From a virus (taxonomy: Duplodnaviria > Caudoviricetes): a stretch of 33,626 nt of DNA. Location of the stretch: IMG/VR virus record IMGVR_UViG_3300013118_000260, positions 1 to 33,626 of that record; one strand, written 5' to 3'. The position numbers and the translations under genes were made by a program. This document shows, piece by piece, positions 1 to 5,650 of the stretch (position 1 is its first letter; each line of letters starts with the position of its first letter). The notes beneath the pieces are model-generated. The model was not told the DNA's origin and made no database searches. It worked only from the letters and a program-made list of their open reading frames with translations.

Positions 1-17
1 AAGATGATTAAGGAGCT

Positions 18-470
18 GTGAAGGAGGGGAGCATGAAAAAGTTTAAAGGATTAATGACATCTTTGACTTGTGAATATGCAACCCCTCAATGGTTGTATGA
101 TGAGTTAAATAAAGAATTTAATTTTCTTTTAGATGTATGTGCTAATAAAGATAATGCTAAATGCTATAAATTTTATACAGAAAAAGATGATGCGTTAAAT
201 CAATCTTGGGTAAAGCCATGTTGGATGAACCCACCTTATGGGAGAGAGATAAGAAAGTGGGTAAAAAAAGCATGGGAAGAAAGTTGGTATGTATGTTCAG
301 GGGGTAGAGTTGTTTGCTTATTACCGGCTCGTACAGATACTAAATGGTGGCATGATTATGTTATGAAAGCGGACGAAATAAGATTTATCAAAGGTAGATT
401 AAAGTTTAATGATAGTAAAAATTCTGCTCCTTTTCCGAGTTGCATAGTTATATTTGGGAGGAAACAATGA
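18..470 (+). CDS. Phage DNA N6-adenine methyltransferase (Dam-like, PF05869 type)
   Basis: Motifs TPQWLY, LDVCA, catalytic NPPY, LLPARTDTKWWH, IRFIKGRLKF and APFPS. The start may be the ATG at 33, after SD GGAGGGG. Confidence 0.92.
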   Translation: MKEGSMKKFKGLMTSLTCEYATPQWLYDELNKEFNFLLDVCANKDNAKCYKFYTEKDDALNQSWVKPCWMNPPYGREIRKWVKKAWEESWYVCSGGRVVCLLPARTDTKWWHDYVMKADEIRFIKGRLKFNDSKNSAPFPSCIVIFGRKQ

Positions 471-622
471 CCAGAGAATACCCATTTTATCCAGATGAAG
501 TGTGTGACATTTGTGGGGTTAGAGGCTGTTACGACATTATGGGGGATCTATATTGCCCGGATTGTATTGTAAGGATTTCTTACAAGGCAATGAAAGAAAA
601 TCCAACAGGAGAAAAAGAATGA
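467..622 (+). CDS. Small Zn-finger protein (51 aa)
   Basis: ATGA overlap with the MTase stop; CDIC...CPDC. Confidence 0.65.
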   Translation: MTREYPFYPDEVCDICGVRGCYDIMGDLYCPDCIVRISYKAMKENPTGEKE

Positions 623-771
623 GTACATGCCATAGATGCCACCGTTACTTTAGAGTCCCAGAAGGTGAGGAAGGGGATCACGGGTGTCCGTACTGTAACT
701 TAATGCCCGAAGACACATACATGAGAGAGTCGTACCCTGCTTGGACAGATGAGGAGGAAGAAAATGATTGA
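619..771 (+). CDS. Small Zn-ribbon protein (50 aa) with an acidic tail
   Basis: ATGA overlap, SD AGGAG; CHRC...CPYC. Confidence 0.65.
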   Translation: MSTCHRCHRYFRVPEGEEGDHGCPYCNLMPEDTYMRESYPAWTDEEEEND

Positions 772-892
772 AAAACTACTCTCTACAGCTATGGTTATCC
801 TAGTAACAATAGGCTCGTTCGTTATGCTAGTGTCCTTGCTCTTGGTCTTACTCGGAATAGTTGATTGGATAAACCGGAAGAGGGAACGATGA
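764..892 (+). CDS. Small single-TM membrane protein (42 aa)
   Basis: Hand translation MIEKLLSTAMVILVTIGSFVMLVSLLLVLLGIVDWINRKRER; SD GAGGAGG. Confidence 0.6.
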   Translation: MIEKLLSTAMVILVTIGSFVMLVSLLLVLLGIVDWINRKRER

Positions 893-1044
893 TCTCAAAA
901 GGTATTTTACGCAAACGCCTCACACATTTGGAACAAAAAATGAGCATCTATTGGGGGAAACAAGAGGAGTTATACAGGTTCTACGCAGCGCAACGAATAG
1001 AGATACTGTACCTAATCATGCTGGAGGAAGATAATGTACTTTGA
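889..1044 (+). CDS. Hypothetical protein (51 aa)
   Basis: Hand translation MISKGILRKRL...; ATGA overlap chain. Confidence 0.55.
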   Translation: MISKGILRKRLTHLEQKMSIYWGKQEELYRFYAAQRIEILYLIMLEEDNVL

Positions 1045-1213
1045 ACACCCAAAAGCACGAATACTTAGGCGTAAACTCAGGGACGTGTTAGAGGATGTAT
1101 TTGAAAAAGGTTTCGCCGTTGCTCTAGCGGACAGCGACGATCCAAACCCACACCGTAACTTAGCGGTGGGTAATGCAATTAACGAGATAATTAGACGATT
1201 GGAGGCTAAATGA
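1034..1213 (+). CDS. Hypothetical protein (59 aa)
   Basis: Hand translation MYFEHPKARIL...; SD GGAGG. Confidence 0.6.
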   Translation: MYFEHPKARILRRKLRDVLEDVFEKGFAVALADSDDPNPHRNLAVGNAINEIIRRLEAK

Positions 1214-1365
1214 ATCCACGGGAACAGTTACAAGATTTGCTCTACAAGTATGGGTATAGCAACCTTCGTATGGAGGACGCACAGCAAAAGATTGAGGATT
1301 TAATTACTGATGAAAAGTTTATTGAAGAATATATAAAACTAATTGTTTCGGAAGAGATTTCATGA
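1210..1365 (+). CDS. Hypothetical protein (51 aa)
   Basis: Hand translation MNPREQLQDLL...; SD GGAGG; ATGA overlaps at both ends. Confidence 0.6.
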   Translation: MNPREQLQDLLYKYGYSNLRMEDAQQKIEDLITDEKFIEEYIKLIVSEEIS

Positions 1366-1700
1366 AGAGGAATAAATATAACGCAATTAAAACCATGTAT
1401 AACGGGGTGCTGTATGATAGTCGCAAGGAAAGTAGGAGGGCAGCTGAGTTCGACCTTCTCCGAAGAGCGGAAGATCCCAAAGAACGGGTGATCTTTGTTG
1501 CTCGACAAGTGCCTTTTAAATTCGCTTATGGAGGAAAATATTTCGCTGATTTTCTTGTATGTTATGCGTCTGGGCCAGAAGGTATACCTACTTGGAAACT
1601 CTACGACGTTAAAGGTGGGAATGCTACTAAAACCCAGGCCTATAGGATCAAACGTAAACTTTTAAAGTTGGAGTATGGAATCGACCTGGAGGAGATATGA
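1362..1700 (+). CDS. DUF1064-family PD-(D/E)XK endonuclease
   Basis: NKYNA...YDSRKE, QVPF, YFADF, DVKG...TQAYRIKRKL are typical DUF1064 signatures. Confidence 0.85.
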   Translation: MKRNKYNAIKTMYNGVLYDSRKESRRAAEFDLLRRAEDPKERVIFVARQVPFKFAYGGKYFADFLVCYASGPEGIPTWKLYDVKGGNATKTQAYRIKRKLLKLEYGIDLEEI

Positions 1701-1861
1701 GAACGTGTGAACGGTGTGGAGAGATCATCTGCTCCCACAACCAGTATGAGTTAGAACGAAAAGAAGTGTGCGTAGAATGTTTCTACAAACAGGTGAAAGC
1801 ATGGGATACCAAATTTAAAAAGGAGGAGGAAAATGAAAGTAATAATCGCAATAGTAAGTAG
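1697..1861 (+). CDS. Small Zn-finger protein (54 aa)
   Basis: Hand translation MRTCERCGEII...VCVECFYKQ; SD GGAGGAG. Confidence 0.65.
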   Translation: MRTCERCGEIICSHNQYELERKEVCVECFYKQVKAWDTKFKKEEENESNNRNSK

Positions 1862-2054
1862 CGCCCTACTCTGCTCAGTCGCTCTGGCAGAAGAGGTTAC
1901 AACACCAAGTCCATGTTCAATAGTTGAACAACAGCTGGTGGAAAAGGAACAGTATTTCGTGCAGTTACAGCAAGCATTGGAAACAACGAAACAGGAGATC
2001 CTCTACCTGAGAGGTAAGAGGGATGCGTACAAGGAATTAAACGAGACTAACTAG
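1833..2054 (+). CDS. Small secreted coiled-coil protein
   Basis: Signal peptide MKVIIAIVSSALLCSVALA|EE; heptad-rich remainder; SD AGGAGGAGG. Confidence 0.7.
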   Translation: MKVIIAIVSSALLCSVALAEEVTTPSPCSIVEQQLVEKEQYFVQLQQALETTKQEILYLRGKRDAYKELNETN

Positions 2055-2151
2055 GGGTGCAATGCACCCAGGGGATTGAGCCACCACCTTCAAACCTATG
2101 AACAAAGGTCGGTAGCGGTTACCCAGGGAGGGGCAACCTGGGCTAGTTAGT
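2046..2151 (+). ncRNA. Candidate structured RNA (four-way junction), family unknown
   Basis: Closing stem ACTAACTAG (2046-2054) / CTAGTTAGT (2143-2151); hairpins 2055-2069 and 2122-2142; irregular stem 2079-2120. Confidence 0.45.
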
Positions 2152-2164
2152 GAAAGGAAATAAA

Positions 2165-2233
2165 ATGTTAGAGAATGTGGTTATGATTATTGTTGTGTTA
2201 CTAGCACTAATAGTTATAGCTGAAGGAAACTGA
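2165..2233 (+). CDS. Hydrophobic micropeptide (22 aa)
   Basis: SD AAAGGA; MLENVVMIIVVLLALIVIAEGN. Confidence 0.45.
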   Translation: MLENVVMIIVVLLALIVIAEGN

Positions 2234-2234
2234 T

Positions 2235-2315
2235 ATGTGGTTTGTCCTTGGATTATTTGTAGGGTTCTACATAGGCTGGTTTGCAGCGCATGTGTTTATA
2301 CACAGGAACCATTAA
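2235..2315 (+). CDS. Hydrophobic micropeptide (26 aa)
   Basis: SD AAGGA; MWFVLGLFVGFYIGWFAAHVFIHRNH; its stop converges with the late operon. Confidence 0.45.
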   Translation: MWFVLGLFVGFYIGWFAAHVFIHRNH

Positions 2316-2575
2316 GGTAAGTCAGGGTCTTTTAACTTAGCAGCGATTACATCCTCGATATACACTGAGGTCATAAAGTACCCTGGCTCTGCTGTTGTCC
2401 GATACTCACCTGTAGCTGCTTTAATAGCCGTACCTGTAGCGATAGGGAAACAGCTGTTATCACGCAATACATAAACAACTGTCTTACCGCACCCACTACC
2501 TACGGTTAATGCGATTAAGGCTACGAGTAAGCTGGTCGCTATCTCCACTCTTAATCGCTTCCTTTCCTTCTTCAT
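2312..2575 (-). CDS. Lipoprotein, putative o-spanin (Rz1-like)
   Basis: Basic N-terminus, hydrophobic core and lipobox-like VGSG|C; overlaps the upstream TM gene out of frame at the end of the late operon. Confidence 0.6.
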   Translation of the reverse strand: MKKERKRLRVEIATSLLVALIALTVGSGCGKTVVYVLRDNSCFPIATGTAIKAATGEYRTTAEPGYFMTSVYIEDVIAAKLKDPDLP

Positions 2576-2702
2576 AAAGTTTCTTCCTTATTTGGCGTTT
2601 ACGCAATATTCGTTCTCTAATAAACGCTATTATGTTACCTACCCAGCCGAATAATGTACGCAAAAATCCTAGCACTATCCCAATAGTAGATAGTATGCTC
2701 AT
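2496..2702 (-). CDS. N-terminally anchored protein, putative i-spanin (Rz-like)
   Basis: N-terminal hydrophobic segment and basic helical tail; overlapped with the lipoprotein gene. Confidence 0.5.
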   Translation of the reverse strand: MSILSTIGIVLGFLRTLFGWVGNIIAFIRERILRKRQIRKKLYEEGKEAIKSGDSDQLTRSLNRINRR

Positions 2703-2760
2703 ATAACTGCTCCAATCTTAACGTTTCCAGTAACCCATGAAGCCAAGAGACGATCTCTCT

Positions 2761-2946
2761 TTATTTTTTTTTTGAAGTCCCAATAGTGAGAAGCTTATTA
2801 ATAGCAGCAATAGCTTTCGCCCACATCTCATCGTCTTTCTTCGTAGGTGTCAGCTTAACGATACCGCTAATAACTATCTGTAATCCACCCCAGATAGCCA
2901 GTATTTCAACAATGTTACTCTTTAACCACGCTAACAAACTAGCCAT
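2761..2946 (-). CDS. Putative holin
   Basis: 61 aa; TM segment followed by IVKLTPTKKDD, a pattern seen in small phage holin-like proteins; basic C-terminus. Confidence 0.55.
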   Translation of the reverse strand: MASLLAWLKSNIVEILAIWGGLQIVISGIVKLTPTKKDDEMWAKAIAAINKLLTIGTSKKK

Positions 2947-2960
2947 AAGTTACCTCCTTT

Positions 2961-3890
2961 TCACTGTATTGTGCTTGGATGCCGCCTATATGTCCTGATA
3001 CATTCTTTGTACGCAGGTTTAGTACAAACAGACCATTCACCGCCGTTTTCCCATGCGTACACAATAGCGATTGATATTTTGTTTGCGGTAAACCTGTCTA
3101 TACACTTTTTGTAATGGGCTATTTTAGTAGCTTCATCCCTGTCACTACCAAACTCACCAATAATAATTTGCTTCCCCGGGTCAAGCTTCCTACATTGCGC
3201 TAAATTAGTATAGAACTTCTTATCACCGTAGGTATGGAAATTCCAATAATCTATTAACGGGACAATACCTAAATCAGCTAACCGTTGTCTGTAAGTTAAA
3301 GCACTTACGGATTTTAGATTCGTACCTTCTTTGTCTTTAGCACCACCAGCTAATCCTCCCAGAGTTACCTTGATATTAGGATCAACAATTTTCAATCTAT
3401 TTCTGAACTCAGTAAAAATATTAAAGTATCTATCCGGGTCTAAATAGTTACTTGGATAGTCAGCCCACGGTGGCACCATTAAATTAGGCTCGTTCCAACA
3501 TTCGTATATAACCCCGTCACTACGGAGGAACTTAGCATAGTGTTCAGCAACAACCGGCGTGTTCTCAGCATTGTTTCTATCGGCAATAAGTAACACTACC
3601 CAGACACCTCTGCTCCTATACCACCGGACTCTATTAACTGTTCGATTAAAGTTATCCAGAGTAGCACCTGCTAGCCTAACAAACTGTGGCTTTATTGTCT
3701 TAAACGCTTCTACATGGTTTTCATTTGTGGAAATCACATATCCTAGAAGAGGTGGGACTGTTCCGTCACCGTCTTCATTATCATCATCGTCACCGCAACG
3801 CAGGAAACCACGCATGTGAGTGCAACAAGCTTTCTTGAGAAGGTATTGACGCCGGCAATGGATCTTATGGATAGCTTCTTTCCAATTCAT
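2961..3890 (-). CDS. Clan GH-A (GH5/GH39-like) TIM-barrel glycoside hydrolase
   Basis: Acid/base motif YECWNEPN, NFHTY, nucleophile motif IIIGEFG, late YAW; SD GAGGTG. Confidence 0.8.
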   Translation of the reverse strand: MNWKEAIHKIHCRRQYLLKKACCTHMRGFLRCGDDDDNEDGDGTVPPLLGYVISTNENHVEAFKTIKPQFVRLAGATLDNFNRTVNRVRWYRSRGVWVVLLIADRNNAENTPVVAEHYAKFLRSDGVIYECWNEPNLMVPPWADYPSNYLDPDRYFNIFTEFRNRLKIVDPNIKVTLGGLAGGAKDKEGTNLKSVSALTYRQRLADLGIVPLIDYWNFHTYGDKKFYTNLAQCRKLDPGKQIIIGEFGSDRDEATKIAHYKKCIDRFTANKISIAIVYAWENGGEWSVCTKPAYKECIRTYRRHPSTIQ

Positions 3891-4032
3891 GTATCACCTC
3901 TTTCAGGCATTTGCTACATACCCAGTAAGTGCCAACCAACATTTCGGAAGGTTTCTTTAAATAATCACGTAGCTGTACTTCAATGTTTTCTTTTGTCCAT
4001 TCACCGCAACGAGAACATAGTTTAGTATTCAT
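3865..4032 (-). CDS. Small Zn-finger protein (55 aa)
   Basis: Hand translation MNTKLCSRCGEW...WVCSKCLKEVIHELERSYP; not in the ORF track; no SD. Confidence 0.55.
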   Translation of the reverse strand: MNTKLCSRCGEWTKENIEVQLRDYLKKPSEMLVGTYWVCSKCLKEVIHELERSYP

Positions 4033-4040
4033 ATTTTAAA

Positions 4041-4171
4041 GGCGGAGGTGCAGGCTATAAAACCCCGTGTCTTAACAAACACGATCATCGTAGCCGGAGC
4101 TACATTGATGCCGTATCACCTATTTGATAGGCTATTATTTTATATGTTGGATTTGCCTACGTTCCTCCGCC
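4041..4171 (-). ncRNA. Candidate multi-branched structured RNA, family unknown
   Basis: Outer stems GGCGGAGG/CCUCCGCC and GUAGGC/GCCUGC; inner stem UAUAAAA/UUUUAUA; three hairpins, one with a C(UCCG)G tetraloop. G-U pairs fit the minus strand. Confidence 0.5.
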
Positions 4172-4342
4172 AATAGCTTGGTATCCTGCTTGAGCAAAGA
4201 ACTCATTTAAGAGCACTTGATAGTCACCCATATCGTTGCGTAACTTCTCCATATCACTGTTCACCCTCTCCATATCTTTACGCAAGATTGTACCCTCTAT
4301 AGCAATGTTTTTCATTGTGTGTAAAAGATCGTTATCTATCAT
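4157..4342 (-). CDS. Hypothetical protein (61 aa)
   Basis: ATGA overlap with the upstream gene; helical. Confidence 0.55.
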   Translation of the reverse strand: MIDNDLLHTMKNIAIEGTILRKDMERVNSDMEKLRNDMGDYQVLLNEFFAQAGYQAIGGGT

Positions 4343-4584
4343 TTGAATAACTTTATAAGCCCATATATAACCGCTATCGTTCCAGGTACGCCCAGGGCAA
4401 GAGCAATCATTCTGTGTGTGTGTCCCTTAGCCTCTTTCATACACCCATTCTTCCTGTCCATTAACTTCTCTAACTGGGTACGTACAAACCCCCACTGTTC
4501 TGAGGATCGAGAATCGTGTGCGTCCCATCGTTCCGTCATCTGCGTCTCTAACCTAATTATGCGTGATATCGTCTGGTCGCTCAT
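4339..4584 (-). CDS. Coiled-coil protein with C-terminal TM (XhlA/holin-like)
   Basis: RIIRLETQM coiled coil and a C-terminal hydrophobic helix; lysis-cassette context. Confidence 0.55.
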   Translation of the reverse strand: MSDQTISRIIRLETQMTERWDAHDSRSSEQWGFVRTQLEKLMDRKNGCMKEAKGHTHRMIALALGVPGTIAVIYGLIKLFK

Positions 4585-4789
4585 ATGCCCTCATCATCTT
4601 CATTATAGTGCGTAACTCAGCCTGTATCTCCTTCATCTCAACTACGTCCTCTGATATCTGTTCGAGCTTACGGTCAATCTTATCTTCACGCCTAACCACA
4701 CCACGATTAACACTCTCGTTAGTGTAGGCTGTATAAGCGTAAGAGCCTATGATTAAGGTAGTTACTAAGCCCCAAAGTATGTTTTTCAT
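4553..4789 (-). CDS. N-terminal TM plus coiled-coil protein (holin/antiholin-like)
   Basis: Start reassigned to MKNILWGLV (ATG 4789, SD AGGAG); KIDRKLEQI coiled coil. Confidence 0.55.
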   Translation of the reverse strand: MKNILWGLVTTLIIGSYAYTAYTNESVNRGVVRREDKIDRKLEQISEDVVEMKEIQAELRTIMKMMRAYERPDDITHN

Positions 4790-4819
4790 TGTGCTCCTAT
4801 AAAAAGTGTAAAGTCCCTC

Positions 4820-4848
4820 TTGACTTTGTGTTGTCTTTATAATATACT
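4820..4848 (+). promoter_or_regulatory. Sigma70-type promoter giving a probably leaderless HNH transcript
   Basis: TTGACT (4820-4825), 17 bp, TATACT (4843-4848); the ATG begins 7 nt after the -10 box and has no SD. Confidence 0.6.
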
Positions 4849-4854
4849 TAACCC

Positions 4855-5160
4855 ATGAAAACAAAAGAACAAGAAAAACGAGATCAATATAAATACAATC
4901 GAAAATTAAAACAAACTATCTTTAATCATTATGGTCATAAATGCCAATGTTGCAATGAAACTCGCTACGAATTCCTAGTAATAGATCATATTAATAAAGA
5001 TAAAAAGATCCCTAGAAAATCTGGTAAAGTTTGGTATATCTGGATTATTAAAAATAAATTCCCCAATAATCTTAGGATTCTTTGTCATAACTGTAATATG
5101 GCTTTAGCTTTTTTTGGTTATTGCCCTCACGAAAAAGAAGCTTATGCTCTTTTAACTTAA
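4855..5160 (+). CDS. HNH endonuclease
   Basis: YGHKCQCC, LVIDHI, LRILCHNCN; AT-rich; antisense to the late operon. Confidence 0.88.
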   Translation: MKTKEQEKRDQYKYNRKLKQTIFNHYGHKCQCCNETRYEFLVIDHINKDKKIPRKSGKVWYIWIIKNKFPNNLRILCHNCNMALAFFGYCPHEKEAYALLT

Positions 5161-5180
5161 ACATTACATTCTCGTATAAT
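5152..5180 (+). promoter_or_regulatory. Possible sigma70 promoter for the two membrane-protein genes
   Basis: TTAACT, 17 bp, TATAAT; hairpin TTCGCA-AATA-TGCGAA (5196-5211) abuts SD AAGGAGGT. Confidence 0.4.
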
Positions 5181-5221
5181 CACGCTCGCTTGTTTTTCGC
5201 AAATATGCGAAGGAGGTAACT

Positions 5222-5389
5222 ATGAAATGGAAACTTTTTCTCCAGATCGTTCTCCTTATTGTCGTTCTTACTCTATGTGCTCGCTTTATAACCAAAAAAC
5301 GTTATCCTCGTTATGTCGGCTCGGCGCATCAAGAAAGCCCTGCGAAAACAACTAGAATCCGTTTACATCCTGTAGAAGAATCAGAATAA
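5222..5389 (+). CDS. Small N-terminally anchored membrane protein (55 aa)
   Basis: Hand translation MKWKLFLQIVLLIVVLTLCARFITKKR...; perfect SD AAGGAGGT. Confidence 0.65.
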   Translation: MKWKLFLQIVLLIVVLTLCARFITKKRYPRYVGSAHQESPAKTTRIRLHPVEESE

Positions 5390-5413
5390 ACCATTCAATA
5401 AATGGAGGTACAC

Positions 5414-5650
5414 ATGAATATGAGAGCAATTACTCACGTTGTATTGTTTGTTGTTTTTCATGGGTTTCTATTGCTTACCTTCATTGTTGCCGCAGACAAT
5501 TTTCTTGAGTTAGTCAGTCAAGGGCCATTTGCAATTAAATACTTTGTAAAACTCATTCCTCTCTTGGCCATCGTTATCTTAGCAAAATACATCTATACTA
5601 AAATAACGCCATTAAACAAAAGCAAATTGTTTTTCCTCATGAATAAATGA
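5414..5650 (+). CDS. Two-TM membrane protein (moron-like)
   Basis: SD GGAGG before the ATG at 5414; two hydrophobic helices. Confidence 0.6.
   Translation: MNMRAITHVVLFVVFHGFLLLTFIVAADNFLELVSQGPFAIKYFVKLIPLLAIVILAKYIYTKITPLNKSKLFFLMNK

Noticed and set aside
1242-1508. 88-aa minus-strand ORF
   Set aside because: Antisense to the coupled + strand genes 1210-1365 and DUF1064.
2703-2760. Small hairpins between the holin-like and spanin-like genes
   Set aside because: Stems are only 5-6 bp with no U-tract; not distinguishable from chance.
3760-3890. Frameshifted lipoprotein signal at the glycosidase N-terminus (alternate frame RKLVALTCVVS before CGDDDD)
   Set aside because: The alternate frame has no start codon or slippery site, and the annotated ATG has a good SD.
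4041-4171. tRNA or tmRNA (CCTCCGCC resembles a tRNA 3' end; GCA AAT resembles a tmRNA resume codon)
   Set aside because: No T-loop GTTCRA, no cloverleaf, no CCA, and the frame does not end in an AA-type tag; kept only as an unknown structured RNA.
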